Positions 1 to 10,666 of a stretch of DNA of 64,000 nt are shown one piece after another. Position 1 is the stretch's first letter; each line of letters opens with the position of its first letter. Source of the stretch: Macrostomum hystrix (lineage: Eukaryota > Animalia > Platyhelminthes); the NCBI GenBank assembly GCA_950097015.1, contig CATNEN010000009.1, positions 1,054,001 to 1,118,000 of the forward strand, written 5' to 3'. The position numbers and the translations under genes were made by a program. A model generated the notes under the pieces. It was not told where the DNA came from and did no database searches. It saw nothing but the letters and a program-made list of their open reading frames with translations.

Positions 1-702
1 AAGTGGCTCGGCGTGGAGTGCTTCGAGTCCGGACTGTTTAGCCACAAGTCGGATGTGTGGAGCTACGGAGTGCTTCTGTGGGAGATCTGCACCTTCGGCG
101 AGTCGCCCTACAACCCGTACGGAATTCGGTCGGTCGAGGACATCACAGGACTGCTGAAGAAGGGCATCCGACTGAACCAGCCCGACATCTGCAGCATCGA
201 CTTCTACAACATCCTGCTGAGCTGCTGGCTGCCTCAGCCGGAGTCTCGACCGAGCTTCCGCGACTTGGTGGACACAATGACCGAGTGCCTGAATATTCCG
301 TCCAAGTACATTGCCCAGGGCTACAGCATCGCTGATCCGGAGATGGGCACCGATGATGCCTTCGGCGATGTCAACGAGATGTCCCTGTCGTCGCTGGCGC
401 AAAAGAGCGGTGGCGACCGCAGGTTCGTTTGCAGTCACGACAAGCACGGCAAGGAGCTGAATGCGTATATCTCAGACCCGACCAGCCGCTACGCACCGCA
501 GCTGCGCCACCCTCCGGTGGGTCCAGTGAGTTCCAGCGACACCAGCGAGAGCTCCAAGCTGCTGTGCGGCCAGTTCAGTGTTCAGTCCGAGCCGGACGAC
601 TATCTGACCCCGACATCGCCGAGCGGCGTAAATGGAAGCAGCGATGCAGCTGAAGGTTCAAACGGCGTCTTGGATGACTACCTGACGCCGAAGAAGGCTT
701 GA
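1..702 (+). CDS. EGFR: EGFR-like receptor tyrosine kinase, type A, 3' part (kinase C-lobe and tail; runs off the left edge)
   Basis: Frame open from base 1 (KWLGVECF...SDVWSYGVLLWEI) to TGA at 702; near-identical to the 3' ends of 12420-15683 and 35921-39184, with the type A tail ending DDYLTPKKA. Confidence 0.93.
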   Translation, partial: KWLGVECFESGLFSHKSDVWSYGVLLWEICTFGESPYNPYGIRSVEDITGLLKKGIRLNQPDICSIDFYNILLSCWLPQPESRPSFRDLVDTMTECLNIPSKYIAQGYSIADPEMGTDDAFGDVNEMSLSSLAQKSGGDRRFVCSHDKHGKELNAYISDPTSRYAPQLRHPPVGPVSSSDTSESSKLLCGQFSVQSEPDDYLTPTSPSGVNGSSDAAEGSNGVLDDYLTPKKA

Positions 703-1364
703 GCCTCTGGACTCTCTGTTTCGTGAGTTTGAAGTTGCAGTGGCGTAAATGACTGATTTATTTGTAACACATTTATTTGCTGCATAGCTACCTAGGTTTC
801 ATTGGCTACCGGCCAGACAGATTCGGATATACTTTTGTTTTACTTACTCGATACGCTCGAAAATGGGAAGAATTCATCGCTAATACCCGATGTTGAATTG
901 AATTTTAACGTACAGTTTTTCTATAACACTGTGAGTATGGCAATAGCCCATGCAAGGGTCATCGCCGGAACTTCGTGATTCAGGCATGTTTGCTGTCAGC
1001 TGTCAGCTGAGTGGTAACTTCCCAACCTTTTCAGAAGAAATATCTCCCCTTGCCGTAGAGATTTCGCTTATGTATAATATACTACGCAATACCGAATCGA
1101 GTTTGTTAATCCTAATCCCTTTTTTCCTCGATCCAGGCGCTGTATAATGTACCAGAACTCATTTTTTTAATCTAAGGACTTTGTACGCTACATTCGCTTA
1201 CATTAAAGCAGTACTTTAATCACTTTCTCTTGAGTTGCCATTTGAGCAGTAATGTTTGTATAAATGCAAAAATTTGTATTTGTATAAATGTTTGTATAAA
1301 ATAAAATAAGCATTTTATTATTTGTGTCTCACACTCGGCCGAAAAAATAAACAATGCGTGCCGT

Positions 1365-2434
1365 ACACTCATGAATGCTGACTTCAGGGCTAGGACACTC
1401 ATGAATGCTGACTTCAGGGCTAGGACACTCATGAATGCTGACTTCAGGGCTAGGACACTCATGAATGCTGACTTCAGGGCCAGGACACTCATGAATGCTG
1501 ACTTCAGGGCTAGGACACTCATGAATGCTGACTTCAGGGCTAGGACACTCATGAATGCTGACTTCAGGGCTAGGACACTCATGAATGCTGACTTCAGGGC
1601 TAGGACACTCATGAATGCTGACTTCAGGGCCAGGACACTCATGAATGCTGACTTCAGGGCCAGGACACTCATGAATGCTGACTTCAGGGCCAGGACACTC
1701 ATGAATGCTGACTTCAGGGCTAGGACACTCATGAATGCTGACTTCAGGGCTAGGACACTCATGAATGCTGACTTCAGGACTAGGACACTCATGAATGCTG
1801 ACTTCAGGGCTAGGACACTCATGAATGCTGACTTCAGGGCTAGGACACTCATGAATGCTGACTTCAGGGCTAGGACACTCATGAATGCTGACTTCAGGGC
1901 TAGGACACTCATGAATGCTGACTTCAGGGCCAGGACACTCATGAATGCTGACTTCAGGGCCAGGACACTCATGAATGCTGACTTCAGGGCCAGGACACTC
2001 ATGAATGCTGACTTCAGGGCTAGGACACTCATGAATGCTGACTTCAGGGCCAGGACACTCATGAATGCTGACTTCAGGGCTAGGACACTCATGAATGCTG
2101 ACTTCAGGGCCAGGACACTCATGAATGCTGACTTCAGGGCCAGGACACTCATGAATGCTGACTTCAGGGCTAGGACACTCATGAATGCTGACTTCAGGGC
2201 TAGGACACTCATGAATGCTGACTTCAGGGTCAGGACACTCATGAATGCTGACTTCAGGGCTAGGACACTCATGAATGCTGACTTCAGGGCCAGGACACTC
2301 ATGAATGCTGACTTTAGGTTCAGGACACTCATGAATGTTGACTTCAGGTTCAGGACACTCATGAATGCTGACTTCAGGGCTAGGACACTCATGAATGCTG
2401 ACTTCAGGGCCAGGACACTCATGAATGCTGACTT
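1365..2434. repeat. 30-bp minisatellite (ACACTCATGAATGCTGACTTCAGGGCYAGG), ~36 copies
   Basis: Exact 30-bp periodicity; same array at 17761 and 42457. Confidence 0.97.
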
Positions 2435-2780
2435 ACTTCAGGTTTAGGAAAGTGAAGAGTAGGACTAACACATTTACCAAGGAATAATTGGTTAATACAA
2501 TACTGTAAATAGTACTAGCAGTAGTAGAATAGTCTGTTGCTTGTTTAATTGGTGGCCCAAGAAAGTGGCCAACAAAACCATGCTTTTTGATCAACATAGA
2601 ACAAGAATTTGAATATCATTTCACTGCAGAGAACTTTAAATTAAAATATGAAAGAAGACAACAGCATCAATGACAGACTGACTCAACAGGAGTGCAAATA
2701 ACAGGATCTAGCAAGTCCGAGTTCTTGAAGTTTGAGCTCTCAGAGCCTCACGAGCCGCTGCGTTTCCGTGGCCGCCCGAC

Positions 2781-2834
2781 TCACTCGATCGGTGGCAGCA
2801 GCTTCGCCAGGAACTGCTTCATGTCCGCCATCTC
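2781..2834 (-). pseudogene. Orphan copy of the LYPLA terminal exon (EMADMKQFLAKLLPPIE*), with 3' flank and part of the last intron
   Basis: Identical to exon 44173-44226 with CAG acceptor kept; upstream exons absent because the intron repeat runs into the type B upstream region. Confidence 0.85.
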
Positions 2835-2861
2835 CTGTGGTGCGAGCAACAAGAATTGGTG

Positions 2862-4255
2862 ACTGCAGCCACTGTCACATCAGACACTGCACCCACTGCC
2901 ACACCTGACACTGCAGCCACTGTCACATCAGACACTGCACCCACTGCCACATCAGACACTGCACCCACTGCCACATCAGACACTGCACCCACTGCCACAT
3001 CAGACACTGCAGCCACTGCCACATCAGACACTGCACCCACTGCCACACCTGACACTGCAGCCACTGTCACATCAGACACTGCACCCACTGCCACATCAGA
3101 CACTGCACCCACTGCCACATCAGACACTGCAGCCACTGCCACATCAGACACTGCACCCACTGCCACATCAGACACTGCACCCACTGCCACATCAGACACT
3201 GCACCCACTGCCACATCAGACACTGCAGCCACTGCCACATCAGACACTGCACCCACTGCCACATCAGACACTGCACCCACTGCCACATCAGACACTGCAC
3301 CCACTACCACACCTGACACTGCAGCCACTGTGACATCAGACACCCTGCCTTCACCCACTGCCACATCAGACACCCTGCCTTCACCCACTGCCACATCAGA
3401 CACTGCACCCACTGTGACATCAGACACCCTGACTTCACCCACTGCCACATCAGACACTGCAGCCACTGCCACATCAGACACTGCACCCACTGCCACATCA
3501 GACACTGCACCCACTGCCACATCAGACACTGCACCCACTGCCACATCAGACACTGCACCCACTGCCACATCAGACACTGCACCCACTGCCACATCAGACA
3601 CTGCACCCACTGCCACATCAGACACTGCACCCACTGCCACACCTGACACTGCAGCCACTGTCACATCAGACACTGCACCCACTGCCACATCAGACACTGC
3701 ACCCACTGCCACATCAGACACTGCAGCCACTGCCACATCAGACACTGCACCCACTGCCACATCAGACACTGCACCCACTGCCACATCAGACACTGCAGCC
3801 ACTGCCACATCAGACACTGCACCCACTGCCACATCAGACACTGCACCCACTGCCACATCAGACACTGCAGCCACTGCCACATCAGACACTGCACCCACTG
3901 CCACATCAGACACTGCAGCCACTGCCACATCAGACACTGCAGCCACTGCCACATCAGACACTGCACCCACTGCCACATCAGACACTGCACCCACTGCCAC
4001 ATCAGACACTGCACCCACTGCCACACCTGACACTGCAGCCACTGTCACATCAGACACTGCACCCACTGCCACATCAGACACTGCAGCCACTGCCACATCA
4101 GACACTGCACCCACTGCCACACCTGACACTGCAGCCACTGTCACATCAGACACTGCACCCACTGCCACATCAGACACTGCAGCCACTGTGACATCAGACA
4201 CCCTGCCTTCACCCACTGTCACACCAGACACTGCAGCCACTGCCACATCAGACAC
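2862..4255. repeat. 24-bp minisatellite (GCCACATCAGACACTGCACCCACT and variants), ~58 copies; duplicated LYPLA intron
   Basis: 24-bp periodicity; homologous to 44254-45681. Confidence 0.95.
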
Positions 4256-4586
4256 CACATCCCACACAGTCAGGACCATTCAATTGACATCCCACACAGT
4301 CAGGACCATTCAATTGGAATCCCACACAGTCAAGACGATCCAATTGACATCCCACACAGTCAGGACCATTCAATTGGCATCCCACACAGTCAAGACGATC
4401 CAATTGACATCCCACACAGTCAAGACCATTCAATTGGCATCCCACACGGTCAAGACCATTCAATTGGCATCCCACACAGTCAAGACGATTCAATTGACAT
4501 CTCACACAGTCAGGACCATTCAATTGACATCCCACACAGTCAAGACCATTCAATTGACATCTCACACGGTCGGGACCTATCATTTG
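4256..4586. repeat. Second 30-bp minisatellite (ACATCCCACACAGTCAGGACCATTCAATTG), ~11 copies
   Basis: 30-bp periodicity, directly abutting the 24-bp array. Confidence 0.92.
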
Positions 4587-4994
4587 CCACCCCATGCACG
4601 CAGTTATAATCAGTCAGTCTCACACCGACTGCATAAATCTACTTGACTTTTGCTCTACAGAAAGTACAACCGCGAGGGCTCCGAGAGTGCGCTATTCACG
4701 CAGCCAATGAGAGCCCAGAACCAACAGCAGCCAGTAAAGCAACAGAATTTTGGCGTTATTGGGCTGCAACTCGACCCGCCTCTCCCAGTGGATTCGCTCT
4801 GCTTGTGAAGAAAGGCATTTAAGCGCTCTCCTCGATACAAGCGTAGAAGAGAAGAACGTTACCAGAATTTCATTTCTGAATCTGGGCGTCAAAGATTCAC
4901 TTCTAAGAGACTTTCGCAACACAGACAGGAGCAGCAACAATCTTCTGACTGAAGAAAGTTACTCAGCACGATAGCCTTCAGGTGTCAACTTTCG

Positions 4995-7466
4995 ATGACA
5001 ACCAGAATGCTCAAGCTGCTGATTCTGCAGCTCCTCACAGCGCTTGCATCTTGCAGACAGCCACTGGGCTCCGACAGTCGCCGGTGCACCACCATCATCA
5101 TCAGTGACGGTCAGTACCAGAGCCACCGCAACGTCACGCGGCTGAATGAGGAGCTCAAAGCTAAAGTGGCCGGGTGCCAGTACGTGATCGGCGACCTTGT
5201 CCTCGAGAAAATCGGGGTCGATCAAGATTCATATGAACCCATCGACGAAGTCCGCAAACTTCGGACGGACTTTCTCGACTCCATCGTCGAGATCAGCGGA
5301 CGGTTGATCATCAAGTATGTCAACCTGGAGCGCATCACCTTGCGCAACCTGCGCATCATTCGCGGCTACAACATCCAGAATGAGGTCGATTTCTTCGCAA
5401 TGGAAATCTGGGAGTTGAGATACCCAACCCGACTGGAGCTGCCCAAGCTGAGCGCCATCCTGCAAGGCAGCGTCAAAACTGTCGGAACATTGCATGCGGA
5501 CCTGTACTGCCATTTGACTCGCAGCGTGAACTGGACGAGTCTATTCAACATATCGTCACAAATATTCCATGGAAACTCGTACGAAATGGCTTTCGGCAAA
5601 CAGCTGATAAGAGTCAATCAGTTCGATGAGATCGAGAGGGCCTGCAGTTCAGTACTGAATTGCAGTAGCAGCTGCCACACTGAAAGGTCTGGTCGACAGC
5701 TCTGCTGGTCCGACGGGCAAGACGGCTGCCAGAGCTTCAACGGATGTCTCAAGCGACAGTGCCGAAATGCTGCCTGCGACCCTCAGTGCAGAGACGAGTG
5801 CTGGGGACCCGGACCGGACATGTGCGTGGCCTGCAGGAACTTCGAGGTGGACGGTCGCTGTCATGCCACGTGCAAGCATGCAGGCCGATATCAGCTAGGC
5901 TCCTCGTGTCTGCCGTGCCACAGTGAGTGCGAAGGCGGCTGCAGCGGTCCGAGCGCTTCCGAGTGCGAGCGATGCCGAAAACTGAAGGAGGACGACAAGT
6001 GCGTGGCCTCCTGCAGTCGAGAAATGCGCGCGAGCTCAAAGGGCGTCTGCTACTCGGTGGCGACAGCGAGGCTCTTTGCTGTCGGCATCGGTGTCGGCCT
6101 GCTGATTCTGCTGCTGCTGCTGCTGCTGCCGCTCGCCTACCTGCACTACCGCAAGCGAATGCGAAAGTACGAGATGGTCGACCTGGACGAGTACCTGAAG
6201 GATCCGAGCAATCCGAGCGACATGGCGAAGCTGCTGATTGTGAACGACGACGATGTGGTGAAGCAGAAGGAGATCGGCAGCGGCGCGTTCTGCACCGTGT
6301 ACAAGGGCATTCTGAGGTCCAGCACAAACAAGGGTGTGCGCGAGCTGCCTGTGGCCATCAAGGTGTTGCGCGGTCACAGTCCGAAGCTGGGACAGGAGCT
6401 GCTGAATGAGGCGAGTGTCCTGGCCAGAGTGCAGCATCCGTGCTGCATCCGGCTGGTGGCTCTGTGCCTGACCCAGGAGCCGCAGCTGATCACGGCGCTG
6501 ATGCCTCGAGGCTGTCTGCTGGAGTTCCTGCGAACTCACCACAACCAAATCGGAGCGGAGCGAATGCTGCGTTGGGGCCTGCAGGTGGCAGAGGGCATGG
6601 AGTACCTGGAGTCTCTCGGCATTGTACACCGCGACCTGGCTGCTCGCAACGTGCTGCTTCAGTCTCCGGATCAGGTCCGCATCACGGACTTCGGTCTGGC
6701 TCGCCTGCTGAACCTGTCGGAGGGCGAGTTCGTCCAGACTGCGGGCCTCCTTCCAGTGAAGTGGCTCGGCGTGGAGTGCTTCGAGTCCGGACTGTTCAGC
6801 CACAAGTCGGATGTGTGGAGCTACGGAGTGCTTCTGTGGGAGATCTGCACCTTCGGCGAGTCGCCCTACAACCCGTACGGAATTCGGTCGGTCGAGGACA
6901 TCACAGGACTGCTGAAGAAGGGCATCCGACTGAACCAGCCCGACATCTGCAGCATCGACTTCTACAACATCCTGCTGAGCTGCTGGCTGCCTCAGCCGGA
7001 GTCTCGACCGAGCTTCCGCGACTTGGTGGACACAATGACCGAGTGCCTGAATATTCCGTCCAAGTACATTGCCCAGGGCTACAGCATCGCTGATCCGGAG
7101 ATGGGCACCGATGATGCCTTCGGCGATGTCAACGAGATGTCCCTGTCGTCGCTGGCGCAAAAGAGCGGTGGCGACCGCAGGTTCATTTGCAGTCACGACA
7201 AGCACGGCAAGGAGCTGAACAAATACATTTCGTATCCCAGCCGCAGCTATTCGAAGAAGCATCAGCACTCTCCTGAGCGTCGGAGTTCCAGCAAGGCCAG
7301 CGAAAGCTCCAAGCTGCTGTGCCGTCGAGTCGGCGTTCAGTCCGAGCCGGACGACTATCTGACTCCAACATCGCAGAGCGGCGTTAATGGAAGCAGCGAA
7401 GGCGCTGATGCAGACAACGGAGCGTCGAGGGACTTGGATGACTACCTGACACCGAAGAAGGTCTGA
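4995..7466 (+). CDS. EGFR: EGFR-like RTK, type B (823 aa): signal peptide, L1, fused Cys-rich region, TM, kinase, tail; lacks domain III
   Basis: Intronless ORF; L-domain motif IVEISGRLIIKYVNLERITLRNLRIIRG; furin-like Cys repeats; TM LFAVGIGVGLLILLLLLLLPLAYL; VAIK, HRDLAARN and DFG intact; Gly loop reads GSGAFC in this copy. Confidence 0.93.
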   Translation: MTTRMLKLLILQLLTALASCRQPLGSDSRRCTTIIISDGQYQSHRNVTRLNEELKAKVAGCQYVIGDLVLEKIGVDQDSYEPIDEVRKLRTDFLDSIVEISGRLIIKYVNLERITLRNLRIIRGYNIQNEVDFFAMEIWELRYPTRLELPKLSAILQGSVKTVGTLHADLYCHLTRSVNWTSLFNISSQIFHGNSYEMAFGKQLIRVNQFDEIERACSSVLNCSSSCHTERSGRQLCWSDGQDGCQSFNGCLKRQCRNAACDPQCRDECWGPGPDMCVACRNFEVDGRCHATCKHAGRYQLGSSCLPCHSECEGGCSGPSASECERCRKLKEDDKCVASCSREMRASSKGVCYSVATARLFAVGIGVGLLILLLLLLLPLAYLHYRKRMRKYEMVDLDEYLKDPSNPSDMAKLLIVNDDDVVKQKEIGSGAFCTVYKGILRSSTNKGVRELPVAIKVLRGHSPKLGQELLNEASVLARVQHPCCIRLVALCLTQEPQLITALMPRGCLLEFLRTHHNQIGAERMLRWGLQVAEGMEYLESLGIVHRDLAARNVLLQSPDQVRITDFGLARLLNLSEGEFVQTAGLLPVKWLGVECFESGLFSHKSDVWSYGVLLWEICTFGESPYNPYGIRSVEDITGLLKKGIRLNQPDICSIDFYNILLSCWLPQPESRPSFRDLVDTMTECLNIPSKYIAQGYSIADPEMGTDDAFGDVNEMSLSSLAQKSGGDRRFICSHDKHGKELNKYISYPSRSYSKKHQHSPERRSSSKASESSKLLCRRVGVQSEPDDYLTPTSQSGVNGSSEGADADNGASRDLDDYLTPKKV

Positions 7467-10452
7467 GTCATTCGGCTAATAATCCCATAGCTCTGTGCTG
7501 CATTGAGTGACGATTTGATAATCGATTATCGATTCAATTATCGAGAGATTCGTTTCCTAAATTTTATCGTTTCGGACTAATGGCATTAGAGACGGAGAGA
7601 GCGAAACCTATGGCATGAGTGAAATGAAAGAGAAATGAAAAAGAACAATGTTATGCAATCCAACATCTTGAGTATGCTGAGCGGTCGTGTGTGGTTTGCA
7701 TGAATTTTATTCAGATTTAGTCAGCTGAAATCAAGTCGTATTAACCAGCAGCCTGCTACTTTACACAAGTCACGCCATTGTCATGCTTAAGTGTGCAGTG
7801 TTTGGGTGTGGTCGAATGAAGTAATTTATCCTTGGGTAACTACCCGACAGGACTACCAACCGTAACACCTCTTAGACTTTAACATTTAGCCTTCACCTTT
7901 AATCTTTAAACTTAACGAGTAGTTCTGAAATTATATCCAAGAAACTCATAAAACACTGTCACACTATCCTAGCCTCGAATGCCAGACACCATGATATTAT
8001 TTTGTTATTGTTGACAGCGCTCAGCTGATTTTCGACTACTGCTCGATCTGTCCTGTGGTTCATTACAATGCAAGGCCTTCAATGCGAATTGAGATGTACT
8101 TTTAATCTGTGAAAACTAATCAGTGCTTACTCAGAATGCTTTGTTACTCAGTTCAGCCACAGCCACAGCCACAGCCACAGCCACAGTAGATTTGGCACTC
8201 CAGCATGTGTTTCTGACCTTTCGAAGTTATTGTTTCTAAACGCTTCTTAGTGTATCCCAGGTGATCAATTTGATGCTTCTAAATGTTATTTTCATGAATC
8301 CTAGCTTTCGGTTTGAAGTGTTTGGGATCGCACATTTAAAATTAACGACTAGAAGGTCGTGTCTGTCGGTGTGTCGACGCGTGCTTGCTTAATAAACGAG
8401 TGGCGTTTTTGTCAGCTTCGCTGGCGTCTATAATGGAAGGCCGAGAAATCGCTATCAACCGCAGGTGTTGCCTAAATTGCTGAGTCATGCTAGTCTTCAA
8501 CTAGAATACTGATCTTTAGATCTCCTTGATACACTAGGATATAAAAAAGTGAAAACCTCGTGGGCGGACGCAGTGAATCGTTAGTATCCTTAGCCAATGA
8601 TTGTGTTTATCTTATTCAGCATCCGGTGTTCACCAAAATATGCAATGCGCCCGCCAGTATGGACACAAGTCGATTCAATAAACACTATGGCTCGAGCTGT
8701 CAGGTATGGGCTATTTGTGAATAATTGGCACGAATAAATCTCAGTTGTGGCAGAGCGAAAAAAGCTACAGAGAGAACAGACTATTTTCTATTACTTTTTA
8801 TAATGCGGAGCTCGTGATGTTTCGTTCTCTGAGCCCGCCGTTTTCGCAGTTTGGCTGAAAGTTTGTTGAGTGCGTATGCGACAGACGGAAATGGCAGAGG
8901 AAGCCAGCGTGTCCAAGCTTGTTGGATAAACATCGATTAATTAAAAATAGCATTTTAGCGGCCTGCACGTCAAATGCAGCGGGATTTGAGAATTCGAATG
9001 CGTCTTCTACAAGCCCAGTCCTGCAGCCCATGTTTGTAGCTTAGACCTGTGGCTAAAAACTGAGTACGAGTGTAAACAATAGCTGGGCTTTTTTTGACAT
9101 TGCCGCCACGGTGCAAACGGAAACATAGCCTATTATTAGCCTGGCAGTTTTAGTGTTTATGTAAATAATTTCGATAAAAATAGAATATTTGACTTGACCG
9201 CCAGATCGCCAACCACTGAAACAGCTGCAACAATATTGTTCATTATCTGCCTATTAAACTAGACATTTGCATTTTTGTTGTCTTACTAATGGTTGGTTGT
9301 GAGGCCATCTCGGGATATTCAAGAGAATTGCGCAGCATGCCGCAGGTCGCGAGCCACTCGATCCCTGTCTCGCCAGTAAGGTGCACTAGCTCACGATTGT
9401 TCACATTGAGGTCGCATAGCTTGATGGCAGGTCTCAAAAGATTCGGCACAACAATGAAACGGGCTGCTTGAGGTCGGCGGCAATTGTAAGCTGAAAAAAG
9501 ACGGAAACATATTAAACGCGGCAAATTAAAATATTGCCCCATTAGATTACTTAGGCCAGGTTCTCCAAACCCAGGGTCAGGCTACCTTTTTAAGACTAAG
9601 AATCCTCAGGTGCATCATGGCTCTTTCCGCCCTGGTTGAGTGGAACAGACCTGCAGTAGTACTGTACTTGCTGGTCACGGGTCCAACGGCTCCAACACCC
9701 GAGCTAAAAGTCCGTGGCCTTGTCGTATGTTGCGCGTTGGGCGGTCACCGTTCCATCAAACCTCTAGTCACACCTGATGGTGAGCATGATGCTGTGGACT
9801 GGCCGCAGAGTTTCACAAAGCGCAGAGACAATTAAAGTTACCTGAGCCTCAGTTCATCCACTTCATCATGTCGCCCTGGGAATCCATTCGTCAGCGATGA
9901 GGGATGCTGCACTGGGCAGCTCCTGCCGTGACCTACTTCAGAGAGCAAAGTTGAAGCATCGCAAACCGAATCTGTTTCTATTCACAGGTCCCGCGAGTGC
10001 TGTAAAGATCCTCGATCACTTTGAACACTGATTTACTATTCTGTTGTTGACTTTCATCTCGATGTCGTGGCAGCGAGCAGCAGCAAAATTAGCTTTGTAG
10101 GCAATTCATGGGAAACAATAAGCAATAATTGGTACTAAATTATTGCTTATTATTGCTTCAAAATCTTCATATTTCTTAAAGCCAGATGTAGCCATCCTAC
10201 TTGCAACATCATTGACATATAACCAAGTGTGCGTAAACGTCTCAAGCTCGTGTATAGTTTATGGCCCAAAGGCCATCAAAGAAATAGATTGAAGTGTGCA
10301 GTAAATTCCGCAACTGTGCGGTAAATGATACTCCACTTGATCTCCGTGCCATCCCTCTTCTGAGCTACTATGCAGTAAATCCCAGACGGGTATTGTCTAT
10401 GGGCCGAAGGAGCTGGTCTTGCGCACACACACTTGGTCATAAATCAATGCAC

Positions 10453-10548
10453 TTATGCTAGGCTTCCTAGTGCGTAAATAGTCTATGGCACTCGCGCGCT
10501 GCGCGCACTCGTGCAAAGACTATTTACGCACTCGGAAGCCTAGCATAA
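10453..10548. mobile_element. Small hairpin or MITE-like element with 32-bp inverted arms
   Basis: TTATGCTAGGCTTCCTAGTGCGTAAATAGTCT and AGACTATTTACGCACTCGGAAGCCTAGCATAA pair at 31/32 positions; TA at both ends. Confidence 0.55.
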
Positions 10549-10666
10549 ATCTACCATTGAAAACACAAGAAGACATTGTTTACGGTAGGCCTTTTGGGAT
10601 GGCATAGAAAAACGAAGTCAAAATAATATAATTGCGCTTTTCGCGTTTCTTGCACTACTAAGCAAA

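Noticed and set aside
1220-2447. Long ORFs on both strands (MNADFRARTL and MSVLALKSAF repeats), also at 17688-19473 and 42444-43833
   Set aside because: A stop-free 30-bp unit gives ORFs automatically; copy number varies freely and there is no unique coding flank.
2819-4646. Mucin-like Thr/Ser/Pro-rich ORFs (TATSDTAP), also at 19844-22355 and 44211-45735
   Set aside because: The array is LYPLA intron 2 read antisense; no signal peptide and only non-ATG starts on the plus strand.
5749-7371. Overlapping alternative-frame and antisense ORFs within the EGFR genes (e.g. 410 aa on the minus strand)
   Set aside because: Expected shadows of GC-rich codon usage; no recognisable domains.
7783-7825. 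MLKCAVFGCG resembling a THAP domain start
   Set aside because: A stop follows within a few codons; no further THAP or transposase motifs and no TIRs found.
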